A stretch of 64,000 nucleotides of DNA from Gemmatimonadota bacterium (lineage in GTDB: Bacteria > Gemmatimonadota > Gemmatimonadetes > Gemmatimonadales > GWC2-71-9): contig JBDHKN010000035.1 of the NCBI GenBank assembly GCA_039586365.1, positions 1-64,000 on the forward strand, given 5' to 3'. Of the stretch, positions 30,381-40,499 are shown piece by piece (within the stretch, counting starts at the first letter, position 1; every line of letters starts with the position of its first letter). Below the pieces are notes generated by a model that worked only from the letters and a program-made list of their open reading frames with translations, had not been told where the DNA came from and searched no databases. The position numbers and the translations under genes were made by a program.

Positions 30381-31406
30381 CTATTCCAAGAATTGGCCCA
30401 AGAAACGCATATCATTGTCGAATAGCAGCCGGATGTCCGGTATGCCGTACCGGTGCATCGCGATGCGGTCCGGACCCATACCGAACGCGTAGCCACTGTA
30501 ACGTTCCGAATCGATGCCGCAGTTCTCCAGTACCGCTGGATGGACCATACCAGCACCCATGATCTCGATGTAGCCGCTGTTCTTACAGGTCGAGCATCCG
30601 CTTCCGTTACAGACGTGACATTGCACGTCAACCTCCGCCGAGGGCTCAGTGAACGGGAAGAACGACGGTCGAAAGCGCTCTTTGGTGTCCGCACCAAAAA
30701 ACCGCTTCACGAAGAAATCGATGGCTGCCTTGAAGTCGACGAAACTGACGCCTTCGTCTACCACGAGGCCCTCGATTTGCTCAAACACGGGTGAGTGTGA
30801 GGGATCCCAAGCGTCTCGTCGATACACGCGGCCGGGCACCAAGATGCGGACGGGTGGTTTGAACCGCTCCAACGTTCTCGCCTGCATCGGTGATGTGTGC
30901 GTTCGGAGCACTATACCGGGTGTGAGGTAGAAAGTGTCCTGCATGTCGGCAGCAGGATGATCCAACGCAATGTTGAGCTTGGTAAAGTTGTAGTCCTCGG
31001 TCTCGGCTTCCGGGCCCACTACCCGCGTGAATCCGAGTTCTTTGAATACGTCGCAGATCTCATCAACCACCGCCGTCACCGGGTGGACGGCCCCGCGCCA
31101 AGTCGAACGTGCCGGCATGGACGGGTCGAGTTGGCTAACCTCCGTCGCCAGCGCTGCCAGTTCCCCCTCTCTGTCGGCTAAGGCTCGCTCGATACTGCGT
31201 TTCACCTCATTAGCTCGTATCCCCACGGAGCGACGTTCTGCAACGGGCATCTCATTCAGGGAACGCAGCACCACGGTCAGCACGCCAGCTTTGCGGCCCA
31301 ACAGCTCGGTGCGCAACTCAGCTAGACGTGCGGAGTCCGCCCTGGCAACTTCGTCCACGGCGTTCAGTGCCTTTTCGAGGTGATCGTATACGGTCGGATC
31401 TGACAT
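30381..31406 (-). CDS. pheS: Phenylalanyl-tRNA synthetase alpha subunit
   Basis: HPAADMQDTFY, LRTHTSP, FFPFTEPS, GYAFGMG. Confidence 0.97.
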   Translation of the reverse strand: MSDPTVYDHLEKALNAVDEVARADSARLAELRTELLGRKAGVLTVVLRSLNEMPVAERRSVGIRANEVKRSIERALADREGELAALATEVSQLDPSMPARSTWRGAVHPVTAVVDEICDVFKELGFTRVVGPEAETEDYNFTKLNIALDHPAADMQDTFYLTPGIVLRTHTSPMQARTLERFKPPVRILVPGRVYRRDAWDPSHSPVFEQIEGLVVDEGVSFVDFKAAIDFFVKRFFGADTKERFRPSFFPFTEPSAEVDVQCHVCNGSGCSTCKNSGYIEIMGAGMVHPAVLENCGIDSERYSGYAFGMGPDRIAMHRYGIPDIRLLFDNDMRFLGQFLE

Positions 31407-31421
31407 GGTTACCCGACCCGC

Positions 31422-31775
31422 CTAGAGGCTCTTCTTCGCGACCTCCGCAAGCTCACTGAAGGCCGCTGGGTCACGCACTGCCAGGTCGGCCAGCATCTTG
31501 CGGTTGATCTCGACCCCCGCCTTCTTCAGACCGGCGATGAAGTGGCTGTAGGAGAGGTCGTGAAACCGCGCGGCCGCATTGATCCGTACGATCCACAACT
31601 GGCGGAAGTCCCGCTTCTTGCGGCGCCGATCCCGATATGCATACCGGAGACCGCGCTCGACCGTTTCCTTGGCGGACTTGTAAAGCTTGCTTCGTCCTCC
31701 GCGCGCTCCCTTTGCCGCCTGCATGATCTTCTTCTTACGCTTGAGGCGCGCGACGGCGCTCTTGACTCTTGGCAT
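31422..31775 (-). CDS. rplT: 50S ribosomal protein L20
   Basis: MPRVK...[24 protein letters not shown]. Confidence 0.98.
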   Translation of the reverse strand: MPRVKSAVARLKRKKKIMQAAKGARGGRSKLYKSAKETVERGLRYAYRDRRRKKRDFRQLWIVRINAAARFHDLSYSHFIAGLKKAGVEINRKMLADLAVRDPAAFSELAEVAKKSL

Positions 31776-31781
31776 CTTGTC

Positions 31782-31976
31782 TTAAGCCTCCAAGAGCCGC
31801 TTTATCCGAGACTCGTCCGCACTCGAGACAAGCGTGCCCTTCCGCAGGTTTCTCTTCCGCTTCGGATGCTTCTTTGTGAGTATGTGGCTCTTGTAGGCCT
31901 TGAAGCGCTTCACCCTCCCCTTGGCGGTCAGCCGGAATCGCTTCTTAGCACCGGAGTTGGTCTTTTGTTTTGGCAT
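31782..31976 (-). CDS. rpmI: 50S ribosomal protein L35
   Basis: [14 protein letters not shown]...HILTKK. Confidence 0.97.
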   Translation of the reverse strand: MPKQKTNSGAKKRFRLTAKGRVKRFKAYKSHILTKKHPKRKRNLRKGTLVSSADESRIKRLLEA

Positions 31977-32064
31977 CTCGGTTACTTCCTGACACTCTAA
32001 TTCGGCTACCCTCACCAATCCCGGAATGGATGGCAAGGGACGGTTACCTCTCCACCTCTCACTA

Positions 32065-32154
32065 CTAACCACTAACTGCTGACTGCTAACTGCTGACCAC
32101 CAACCGCCGACCGCGGCCGCCTAACCGCTCCCTGTTCCCTGCTCTCCGTTCCCC
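32065..32154. repeat. Two short heptamer tandem arrays in the infC-rpmI spacer
   Basis: CTAACCA CTAACTG CTGACTG CTAACTG CTGACCA CCAACCG CCGACCG (32065-32113) and GCTCCCT GTTCCCT GCTCTCC GTTCCCC (32127-32154). Confidence 0.75.
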
Positions 32155-32158
32155 ATAC

Positions 32159-32695
32159 TCACTTCGGCGCCAGCACCATCGTCATGTTGCGGCCTTCTAG
32201 TTTCGGCTCAACCTCGATCTTCCCGACGTCCTCGACCTCACGGTAGGCACGCATCAAGACTTCTTGTCCCAGCTCGGGATGGGTAACCTGCCGCCCGCGG
32301 AACATCATCGTCAGCTTCACTTTGTTCCCATCCTGCAGGAACTTGCGCGCGTGCCGGGTCTTGAACTCAAAGTCATGATCGCTGATCCCCGGCCGATACT
32401 TCACCTCCTTGAGGTGGATAACGTGTTGCTTCTTCTTGGCTGCGCGCGCCGCCTTGGCCTGTTCAAACCGATATTTCCCATAGTCCATCACCTTCACAAC
32501 CGGTGGGCGCGCACCGGGAGCAACTTCCACGAGGTCCAGGCCACGTTCGGCGGCGGTACGCTGTGCTTCCTCTACTGGGACAATCCCAACCTGCTCACCG
32601 TCGGCGTCGATCAGCCGTACTGGACTGATCCTTATCTGCTCGTTTACCCGGACGCGCTGCTCCTCTTTGTCGTTGCGGACGTTACGTACGGTCAG
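32159..32695 (-). CDS. infC: Translation initiation factor IF-3
   Basis: RVNEQI, LDLVEV, MDYGKYRFE, MFRGRQ; likely CTG start at 32695 by SD spacing (the ORF track uses GTG 32704). Confidence 0.96.
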   Translation of the reverse strand: MTVRNVRNDKEEQRVRVNEQIRISPVRLIDADGEQVGIVPVEEAQRTAAERGLDLVEVAPGARPPVVKVMDYGKYRFEQAKAARAAKKKQHVIHLKEVKYRPGISDHDFEFKTRHARKFLQDGNKVKLTMMFRGRQVTHPELGQEVLMRAYREVEDVGKIEVEPKLEGRNMTMVLAPK

Positions 32696-32721
32696 TGAGG
32701 CCACCTCCTCCCGAAAATGTT

Positions 32722-32858
32722 CAACAAAAAAGCGGCTCCAGGTTCACCGGAGTCCGCCATGGCCGAAACCGGCCATACTGACCTTTCCTGAGAACCCTAA
32801 ACGCACACGCGGACCTAACCGGTGGCAATAGGGTGAAGCGCTCACGCGCTTGCTTTCC
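32722..32858 (-). ncRNA. L20-leader-like ribosomal protein autoregulatory RNA with intrinsic terminator
   Basis: Minus strand: AAAGCAAGCGCGTGAGCGCTTCACC, then GCGGACTCCGGTGAACCTGGAGCCGC-TTTTTT just before the infC SD; canonical position upstream of infC-rpmI-rplT. Confidence 0.6.
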
Positions 32859-32877
32859 TATTATTTCAGTTCCCAAG

Positions 32878-33828
32878 CTACGCTGGGCCCGGAACAGTGT
32901 CAAGGACCTTGCAGGCAAACGACTTAGAGTCCCGCTCAACCCTGCCCGATACCACTTCGGGATCGTGCTCGAAGAACATTGACCACCCCTCGACCTCGGC
33001 CCTTGCGAGTAAGGCACGCTTGGTCTCCAACGTCACCATGGGCTCGAGGTCGTACCCCATGATCCAAGGAAGTGGAATGTGAGCCGCAGTCGGAACTAGG
33101 TCACCCACGAAACAGACTGTTTCCCCGGCTTTCGTTATGAGCACTGACTGGTGGTGGGGCACGTGCCCGGGGGTGGGGATCAGCTCTATGCCCGGCAAGA
33201 CCTCTGCCCGACCGTCAACCAGCTGCCACCGCCCGGCTGCTGTCACGGGATCGAAGTTCGGCGCGAGATAGCTAGCAGCCGTGCGCTCGTTGGTCTTCAG
33301 CGCGAAATCGAGTTCGCCCCGCTGTACCACATAGGTGGCGTTGGGAAAGGCGAGTCGGATCTCCTTTGCCCCGTCTGCCCCCGAGCCTTGGTGCTGTGAG
33401 CGGGCAGGATCAGCTGCCACGCTACCGCCCCGCCGCTCGATGGATGTATTCCCGCCAGCATGGTCGAAATGCAGATGGGTATTGATAACCCAACGAACTT
33501 CCTCCGGCTCCACACCAGCTTCCCGCAGCGCGTCTTCGAGTTGCGTCGGCCCGACGGCACCGCTGTTCTCGACCCCGTAGATCCCGAGGAACTTCCCGCT
33601 CTGCTTGTTGCCGATTCCGGTGTCGATCAGAACCGGCCCCGCGTCGTGCTCGACCAGCAGGCATCGCAGGGCCAGCGGAATGCGATTCAGCTCGTCGGGT
33701 TGTATGCGCTCCGCCCAGAGTAGCTTGGGAACGACACCAAACATCGCACCGCCGTCGAGATGCTGTCGCCCGGCCTCCAGAGCATGACACCGCATGGTTC
33801 CGACGTTGAACGACTTGATCAGCGTCAC
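32878..33828 (-). CDS. MBL-fold metallo-hydrolase (YtnP-like)
   Basis: LDGGAMFGVVPK, THLHFDHAGG, TPGH, GDLVPT, WIMGYDL, FEHD. Confidence 0.93.
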   Translation of the reverse strand: MTLIKSFNVGTMRCHALEAGRQHLDGGAMFGVVPKLLWAERIQPDELNRIPLALRCLLVEHDAGPVLIDTGIGNKQSGKFLGIYGVENSGAVGPTQLEDALREAGVEPEEVRWVINTHLHFDHAGGNTSIERRGGSVAADPARSQHQGSGADGAKEIRLAFPNATYVVQRGELDFALKTNERTAASYLAPNFDPVTAAGRWQLVDGRAEVLPGIELIPTPGHVPHHQSVLITKAGETVCFVGDLVPTAAHIPLPWIMGYDLEPMVTLETKRALLARAEVEGWSMFFEHDPEVVSGRVERDSKSFACKVLDTVPGPA

Positions 33829-34670
33829 AACGTGTCCGTCGATCGGGGAAGTGCACTTCGTTTGCGGGACCGGAGCCGTCCCAGTCTGCGGAGGTCATCA
33901 AGTGTGACTGCGCCGCGATCCCGGGCCAGATCTAGCAGCCGCTGTAGCGCTCTCGCTGTCGCGAGCGCATCGTCGGCGGCACGATGCCTGTTGGCAATCT
34001 CGATGCCGAAATACGCCGCCACGCTATCGAGATTCCGGGACCGCAGACCGGGAAGGAGTCGGCGTGCAAGATCGACAGTGCATAGGCGCGGCCCCTCCAG
34101 CACCACGTCACGCGCAGAGCGCATCTCTCGTGCTAAGAAGAGCCAGTCGAACCTGACATTGTGCGCCACGAACACTCGCCCTGCCAACGCTGCCAGCACA
34201 TCGTCGGCAAGCTCGCTGAACGTGGGTTTGCCACGCACCATGGACTCGGTGATCCGGGTCAAAGCGCTGGTAAACCGAGGTATCGGCCGTTCCGGGTTCA
34301 CCAGTGACTGGCAGACAGTCTCGATGTTCGATCCGACAAGCGCGATGATGGCGATCTCGACTATGCGATCACCGCCGCCTGGCCGCGTGCCCGTGGTCTC
34401 AAGGTCTACCACGGCAAAGGCGCAGTCACTCAACCTCGGCGAGCCGAGCTTTACCTGGGCAAGTGCCCACCGTCCATCACTCAGCCGCTGAATCCGCGGA
34501 TCCGCCCCTAGTAACGCCACTGCGACCCGTTCCGCGACCAACGTGGGGACCTTGCCAAGTCCTATCACGTCTCGAGCTAGGCTCGCACTCTCCACCGGTC
34601 CGGAGGATAAGTGCTCGATGGCACGATCCACTAGGGTACCTCCGGGATGACTGATGATCCCGTGAGACAC
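33825..34670 (-). CDS. DEDDh 3'-5' exonuclease (DnaQ/PolC-like) with N-terminal extension
   Basis: VVDLETTG, VAHNVRFD, HRAADDALAT. Confidence 0.92.
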   Translation of the reverse strand: MSHGIISHPGGTLVDRAIEHLSSGPVESASLARDVIGLGKVPTLVAERVAVALLGADPRIQRLSDGRWALAQVKLGSPRLSDCAFAVVDLETTGTRPGGGDRIVEIAIIALVGSNIETVCQSLVNPERPIPRFTSALTRITESMVRGKPTFSELADDVLAALAGRVFVAHNVRFDWLFLAREMRSARDVVLEGPRLCTVDLARRLLPGLRSRNLDSVAAYFGIEIANRHRAADDALATARALQRLLDLARDRGAVTLDDLRRLGRLRSRKRSALPRSTDTL

Positions 34671-35096
34671 TAGAGGTCGCCTCTCCGTGTGGCAACAGTC
34701 ATGCGCAGTGGTCCGCCGCCAACGCGGAGGATTTCAGCACCCTCCACCGTGATGACGGCTCTCTGCCCCCCGCTATTTGCGGTTCATCGGTAGGGAGATT
34801 GGCAGCTGGCACGACGCTCAAACCGGCATGCTCGAAATAATCGAGTGTCCTCGCATTCACCCGAATATCCGACCACCTAACCCGGCCGAATCGCAGACAT
34901 TTTGCACCCTGATCCCCACTGGTCCCACTTCTGCACACCGCAGCGCCTGGCGGACTGGAAATCGACGCGATCGTCGTACAGATATGCCCTTCTGGCTCCG
35001 AGTGTGACAGCGAGGAGTTCGTGCCCGGGGTGCGTTCCAAGACGGCCCGGGGCGGGCCGATCTCTGACGTAACATGCACTGATGGCATGTGCCAAT

Positions 35097-35717
35097 CTAG
35101 CGATTGCGCAGCGCGTAACTCAACGTTTCCAATTCGAGGGCCATGTTCACGTTCTTGACCACCACTTCGTCGGGGTGCGACACCTGAACCGGCGCAAAAT
35201 TCAAAATGGCCTTGATCCCAGTAGTGACGATACGATCCACCAGCGACTGCACCGCACACGCTGGAGTGGCAACAATGGCGATATCTGCTGGCTCCCGTGC
35301 CAGATCCGCCTCGATATTGCGCTCATCCTGCACCTGCAGTCCGTCCAAGCTGACACCTACTTTGTCCCTGTCATTGTCGTACAACAGCACGATGTGGAAG
35401 CCACGACTGACGAATCCCTGGTAGCCGACCAGCGCTCGACCGATCTTGCCCGCTCCAATGACGACTACCCGATAGGGCCGGTCCAATCCCAGTATGTCCC
35501 GCAGCTGAGCAATCAGCTCCGGAACCGAGTACCCCAATCCCCTCTTGCCGAAAGAACCAAAGAAGGAAAGATCCTTGCGCACCTGAGCTGGAGTGGTGTG
35601 TCCCTGGCCGGCCAACTCCTGGGAACTCACGGTACCCTTCCCTCGGGTTGCGAATTCCTCCAGCAGCCTGAGGTAGACGGACAATCTCCGAACCGTGGAC
35701 TCCGCGATCCTTCCCAT
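35097..35717 (-). CDS. rex: Redox-sensing transcriptional repressor Rex
   Basis: TVRRLSVYLR, QVRKDLSFFGSFGKRGLGY, IGAGKIG, ILNFAP. Confidence 0.97.
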   Translation of the reverse strand: MGRIAESTVRRLSVYLRLLEEFATRGKGTVSSQELAGQGHTTPAQVRKDLSFFGSFGKRGLGYSVPELIAQLRDILGLDRPYRVVVIGAGKIGRALVGYQGFVSRGFHIVLLYDNDRDKVGVSLDGLQVQDERNIEADLAREPADIAIVATPACAVQSLVDRIVTTGIKAILNFAPVQVSHPDEVVVKNVNMALELETLSYALRNR

Positions 35718-35723
35718 GGGGGT

Positions 35724-35741
35724 TTGTGAAAGATTTCACAA
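35724..35741. promoter_or_regulatory. Rex operator
   Basis: Perfect TTGTGAA-AGAT-TTCACAA immediately upstream of the rex ATG. Confidence 0.9.
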
Positions 35742-35765
35742 CATATCCCATGCAGGGCCTGAGCG

Positions 35766-36632
35766 TCAACGCGGTACAGCCCGGAACAGGCTCACAAAGA
35801 TGGGGGGTGACAACATCTCCGGCCGCGCTGTGGGGTCGATTCCCAACCCGATCAGGATCTCTTCGCAATCCTGCCGGCTCAAATTGACCAGCGAACGAAG
35901 GCTGCCCCGGAGCTGCTTTCTCCGGCGGGCAAAGAGCGCCGTCACAAAGCGGCGGAAAGGTTGCTGTTCCTCATCTTGCAGCAGCACTTCCGTTCTCGGC
36001 CTGATCCGAACCACCACTGAGTCAACTTTCGGCGGCGGATGGAACGAACCCGGCTTGACGTTCAGTACTCTGTCAGCCTCGGCTAGAGATTGAACTCCCA
36101 CAGACAGGGCCCCGTACGTCCTCGAGCCCGGTACGGCCAACATACGTTCAGCGACTTCCCGCTGCAGCAAGAACACGGTGACACTCGGACGTGGTGGGGT
36201 CAGAGCTTTCTCAATCAATGGGGATGAGGCGTAGTAGGGGATGTTGCCGATAACCTTGAACGATGTGAGCAGCGAACCTCGAGCGGCGACCGGATCTGGC
36301 AGCAGAGAAACCCAGTCAAGCTGCAATGCGTCACCCGCGACAACGGTCACATTGTCTGGTAGCGGCGGAGCGTCTCGGCATCCTTCCTGTCTGGCGGCGG
36401 CGACCTGCTCCCCTGCCCCGGCTCTCCGCTCTCCCCTCAGTTCGGCAACCAGCGCCTTGTCGCGCTCGATTGCGAGTACTCGACCTACTAGCGGGGCAAG
36501 CCTCCGTGTGAGGCTCCCCCTTCCCGGGCCCACTTCGATCACCAGATCTTCTGAACAAGGTTCCAGAGCGGCGACGATCCGGTCGAGGATCGCCGGATCA
36601 GTCAAGAAATGCTGTCCGAGTCTCCGGCCCAC
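35766..36632 (-). CDS. rsmA: 16S rRNA m6,2A dimethyltransferase
   Basis: LGQHFL, EVGPGRG, GNIPYY, QREVAER, FHPPPKVDS. Confidence 0.96.
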   Translation of the reverse strand: MGRRLGQHFLTDPAILDRIVAALEPCSEDLVIEVGPGRGSLTRRLAPLVGRVLAIERDKALVAELRGERRAGAGEQVAAARQEGCRDAPPLPDNVTVVAGDALQLDWVSLLPDPVAARGSLLTSFKVIGNIPYYASSPLIEKALTPPRPSVTVFLLQREVAERMLAVPGSRTYGALSVGVQSLAEADRVLNVKPGSFHPPPKVDSVVVRIRPRTEVLLQDEEQQPFRRFVTALFARRRKQLRGSLRSLVNLSRQDCEEILIGLGIDPTARPEMLSPPIFVSLFRAVPR

Positions 36633-38174
36633 TCAGGCCCTAAGTACCAGGACCGTCCGGTCATCTGACGCCGGGCCGGCGAACTGTGTCACCGCTTCGA
36701 CGACGGCCTGCACGATCGCTGCTGCTGGCACGTTTCTGTGGGCATCGACGACATCGAGCACACCTGCCTCACCGAACATGGTTCCATCTTCGCTGGCGGC
36801 GTCGGCGATACCGTCCGAAAACAGCACCAGGAGGTCTTCACCCTGCTCCCACCTGGCCTGCGAGGCAGCTATGGCATCCCCGTCAGCCAGACCCAGGGGA
36901 GGGCTGGTAGCTCCGAGACGCTCCCGCTGGCCATCGTATGCGACTCTAAAGGCGTGGGGGTGGCCCGCGTTGGCATATCTCAGGGTCCCGCCCCGGGCGT
37001 CGATAACACCATAGAACAGCGCGAGATGCATTTCGGTCTCCGCCAACTCATTCCGAATTGAGCCCAGCAGGGCCCGGAGTGCGTCGTCGGGTGTGGTCGC
37101 TTCCGCAGCGTGGATGCCCGCAGCCGACAGGACCAAGGCCATGATCAGAGCCGACGAGAAACCGTGTGACGAAACGTCACCCAACATGACTCCAACCTGG
37201 CCCTGTTGCAGCCGCAAGAAATTGTAGAAGTCTCCGCCCACACTTTGGGCCGGCTGGCAGTGTGCTGCTGCGTCGACCTTGGGGCCGAGCACCGAGGGAG
37301 ATGGCAGCAACTTGAGCTGCAGGTCGTGGGCAAGTTGCAGCTCATGGCGCAGGCGCTGCTGGTCCAGATCGCGTTCCACCAAACGGGCATTCTCAATAGC
37401 CACTGCGATCTGACTGGCAATCGCCTGAACCAGCCTTCTCTCGCCTCCGCTGAAGGAATCAGTGCCCGTGCGGTCGGTCAGGTTGATCACACCGACCGGA
37501 CGCTGGCTGCCATCCGGTGCAGCATAGATTATGGGCACGGAGAGAAATGCGGAGCCGACATAGTCACGTCCGTCAGGACACCCGGGACTGCTGGCTTGGG
37601 AGTCCCTCGGATCGAACGTGATCGTCTTCTTTTCCCGAAAGACCTGAGCCGCAATGGAACAACCATCGTCCACGGGAATCGGATCGAAGCGGGCAACGTC
37701 TTTACCAACCCACGCAACCGCTCTGAGCAAACCGGCATCCTGGTCGTGGACCAAGATCGACGCCCTGTTCGCGGCCACCCCTCGGCTCACCACCTCCACG
37801 ATCTTCTGAGCTGCGTCTTCGAGCCGTATGGTTCGCCCCAGCGTCTCGCTGATCGTGTACATGAGTTCGATTTCCTCCAAGCGAGCGGCGAGGGCCTTAG
37901 CCAGTCGCAGGGTATCCCGCTCTCTGTGGAGGAGGCTCGGGAGGATCGGCGCGAGCTTGTGGAGAACTTCTTTGGAATCGCCGCGCTCAGCCACAACCTC
38001 GTACCAGTAGCCAGCCAACTCCGTCACCGGTGCCAGCGCACGATGCTCATCGAGGGGGCTGACCTGACCGTCACTTCCAACCACTATGGTCGGGGCGGAT
38101 GCACCGTCGCAGCCCAATACCGGCCTGAGACGCCCCCGTCCGAAACGCCATATCAGGATGCGGCACTGTAACAA
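36633..38174 (-). CDS. GAF + SpoIIE/PP2C phosphatase (RsbU-like)
   Basis: GAF domain; VGGDFY, GDVSSHG, YANAGH, FSDG, DDRT; start uncertain. Confidence 0.92.
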   Translation of the reverse strand: MLQCRILIWRFGRGRLRPVLGCDGASAPTIVVGSDGQVSPLDEHRALAPVTELAGYWYEVVAERGDSKEVLHKLAPILPSLLHRERDTLRLAKALAARLEEIELMYTISETLGRTIRLEDAAQKIVEVVSRGVAANRASILVHDQDAGLLRAVAWVGKDVARFDPIPVDDGCSIAAQVFREKKTITFDPRDSQASSPGCPDGRDYVGSAFLSVPIIYAAPDGSQRPVGVINLTDRTGTDSFSGGERRLVQAIASQIAVAIENARLVERDLDQQRLRHELQLAHDLQLKLLPSPSVLGPKVDAAAHCQPAQSVGGDFYNFLRLQQGQVGVMLGDVSSHGFSSALIMALVLSAAGIHAAEATTPDDALRALLGSIRNELAETEMHLALFYGVIDARGGTLRYANAGHPHAFRVAYDGQRERLGATSPPLGLADGDAIAASQARWEQGEDLLVLFSDGIADAASEDGTMFGEAGVLDVVDAHRNVPAAAIVQAVVEAVTQFAGPASDDRTVLVLRA

Positions 38175-38209
38175 CTTGCCGAGCCCGCCGATGATGGCTT
38201 CGAGTTCGT

Positions 38210-38680
38210 CTAGGCGCAGCGCATTATCATGCAGATTGAGTTACCTCTATCGTTGAACCGAACTTCGTCCACGAGTTGGTGAATGAGGAACAGCCCCCGC
38301 CCGTCCGGTTGCTCCACATGTTCCGGAAGAGTTGGATCGGGGATCCTCGTAGTATCGAACCCCTCTCCTTCATCCCTCACGTGCACTGACACCGACTCTT
38401 GCGTGACAATCACCCGTACGTCGACGCGCTTGCCAGGATCCATACGATTCCCATAGACGATCGCGTTCGCGAGTGCTTCGGATAAGGCCACACGAAGCTT
38501 GAAGCGCGCCGCCCGCGGCGGCACCCCGGCTGCCAGGCAATGGCGCGCAACGAGGTCCACCGCCTCTTCCACGATCTCGAGATCAGTCGGGACCCGAAGC
38601 GAAATCTCGATCCGACGATCCGGCGCATCCAGAGGTGGCGACTCGCTCCTCCGGACGGACAACCTGAGCGGGGCTGTCAC
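38210..38680 (-). CDS. Anti-sigma factor / serine kinase (RsbW-like)
   Basis: ALSEALANAIVYGN, DEGEGFD, GRGLFLI. Confidence 0.92.
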   Translation of the reverse strand: MTAPLRLSVRRSESPPLDAPDRRIEISLRVPTDLEIVEEAVDLVARHCLAAGVPPRAARFKLRVALSEALANAIVYGNRMDPGKRVDVRVIVTQESVSVHVRDEGEGFDTTRIPDPTLPEHVEQPDGRGLFLIHQLVDEVRFNDRGNSICMIMRCA

Positions 38681-38684
38681 TTAC

Positions 38685-39023
38685 TCAGAACGCGGACAAC
38701 GCCTCTTCGAGCGAATCGCTGATCGCGAAGAGCGCATCGAGCTTGGTGAGCTCGAAGAGCGTGTGAAGGTCGTCGTTGAGACTGGCCAGGCGTAGCTCAC
38801 CGTCCACCTCACGAATCTTCTTGGACAGGGAGACCAGCACCCCCAACCCAGAAGAGTCTATGTACCCGGTTTCCGAGAAGTCGATCAAGAACTTCCGCTC
38901 ACCAGCCTCGAGGGCGTCCAGCACCTTCTGTTTGAGCTCATGGCGGTTTCCCACGATGAGCTGCCCGTCCACCCCCAACACCACGACCCCTTTGTCCTCG
39001 TCCCTGCGAAACGTGAAACTCAT
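38685..39023 (-). CDS. STAS anti-anti-sigma factor (RsbV-like)
   Basis: YIDSSGLGVL, LFELTKLD; GGAGG SD before ATG 39023. Confidence 0.93.
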   Translation of the reverse strand: MSFTFRRDEDKGVVVLGVDGQLIVGNRHELKQKVLDALEAGERKFLIDFSETGYIDSSGLGVLVSLSKKIREVDGELRLASLNDDLHTLFELTKLDALFAISDSLEEALSAF

Positions 39024-39042
39024 TGAGCCCTCCAGGTTATTG

Positions 39043-40020
39043 CTAAGCCGATCCAGCCGCTTGCAGCAGGGCGACCGCGGCCACATCGACGATGTCAGAC
39101 GGTGTGGCACCCCGCGACAGGTCTGCCATTGGCCGCTGCAGCCCCTGAACGATCGGCCCAATCGCCCCGGCACCAGCCAATCGCTGCACCAGTTTGTATG
39201 CTATGTTCCCGCTGTCAAGATCGGGAAACACAAGGACATTGGCCCGTCCCGCCACAGGCGACCCCGGGGCCTTCCTGTCTCCAATCTCCGGAACCAGTGC
39301 CGCATCTCCCTGAAGCTCTCCATCACAGGGGACGTTCGGAGCGAGGCGCTTGAAATAGCCGAGGGCCTCCAAGACCTTGTCGACCCTGGGCCCACTGGAG
39401 CTACCCTTCGTACTGTAGGACAAGAATGCCACCACCGGTGAATCCCCCACTACGAGCGCCCTGTCGCGAGCGGCCGCCCATGCGATTTCCGCCAGCTGCT
39501 CTGCGGTTGGATCGGGCACGACCCCGGCGTCCGTGAAGGTCAGCACGATGTCTCCAGCACCCTCAGCCCCACGTGTCCCCCGACAGAATTCGTAGTACGG
39601 TGTGCCAGGTGGCAGGACCATGTAGAACGAACTGCTTACGGTCTTGACACCCGAGGCCGGTCCAATCGCCCACAGTCCAGCTCTAATCACGTCCGCAGTA
39701 GGGCACGTGGCCCCGGCGACAGCGGCATCCACCTCCCCCAGAGCAACGAGACCGGCTGCAAGCCGTATCGGGTCGTTCGCCAGTTCCAGGGCCTGCTCCA
39801 TGTCTCGGACTTTGTCTGGTTTGCGGGCCAACAGCAGCTCCGCCACTCGTGCAAGCCGAAGGTCCCCGCTCGTAGACCTATCGAGAACGATCACCTCGGC
39901 GATGCCGTGACGTTCGATTTCCGCCGCAGCAGTGCGAATCCGCTCGTCCCAGCCCTCCGCCAGAACCACCTTGCCGCTGGTGGCGGCTGCCCTCTGACGG
40001 AGGGTCTCTCTAAAAGTCAC
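39043..40020 (-). CDS. pta: Phosphate acetyltransferase
   Basis: [34 protein letters not shown]. Confidence 0.93.
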   Translation of the reverse strand: MTFRETLRQRAAATSGKVVLAEGWDERIRTAAAEIERHGIAEVIVLDRSTSGDLRLARVAELLLARKPDKVRDMEQALELANDPIRLAAGLVALGEVDAAVAGATCPTADVIRAGLWAIGPASGVKTVSSSFYMVLPPGTPYYEFCRGTRGAEGAGDIVLTFTDAGVVPDPTAEQLAEIAWAAARDRALVVGDSPVVAFLSYSTKGSSSGPRVDKVLEALGYFKRLAPNVPCDGELQGDAALVPEIGDRKAPGSPVAGRANVLVFPDLDSGNIAYKLVQRLAGAGAIGPIVQGLQRPMADLSRGATPSDIVDVAAVALLQAAGSA

Positions 40021-40499
40021 GCTCTAAAACGCTCCCGCAGAGCTCGCTCGACCACCGGGTGCACAAGCTCACTCACGTCACCACCCAAGCTGGCAACTTC
40101 GCGGACCAGGCTGGAGCTGAGGAAGGTGAGATCTACCGCCGGCATCAAGAAGACGGTCTCCAATTCGCTGTGAAGTCGCCGATTCATCAACGCCATCTGG
40201 AGCTCAAACTCGAAATCACTCACGGCCCGCAATCCGCGGATCACAAGCCGAGCGTCGTTCGTTCGCGCGTAGTCCGCCAACAGTCCGTCGAACGAACGGA
40301 CCTGGACACCTTCCATCGCACCAAATACCTCTTGCAGCAAACGGAGCCGCTCCTCCAGGGTGAATAGCGGTGCTTTCGACAGGTTCACAGCTACGGCGAC
40401 AATGATGCGATCCGCGAAAAGCAGACTTCGACGCACGATGTCTTCGTGTCCCCGCGTCACGGGGTCGAAGGAGCCAGGGTAGATAGCAGTCCGTGTCAT
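40017..40499 (-). CDS. coaD: Phosphopantetheine adenylyltransferase
   Basis: [31 protein letters not shown]. Confidence 0.97.
   Translation of the reverse strand: MTRTAIYPGSFDPVTRGHEDIVRRSLLFADRIIVAVAVNLSKAPLFTLEERLRLLQEVFGAMEGVQVRSFDGLLADYARTNDARLVIRGLRAVSDFEFELQMALMNRRLHSELETVFLMPAVDLTFLSSSLVREVASLGGDVSELVHPVVERALRERFRA

Noticed and set aside
34671..35096. Gene or ncRNA between rex and the exonuclease
   Set aside because: Short ORFs show no family features and no recognisable RNA structure.
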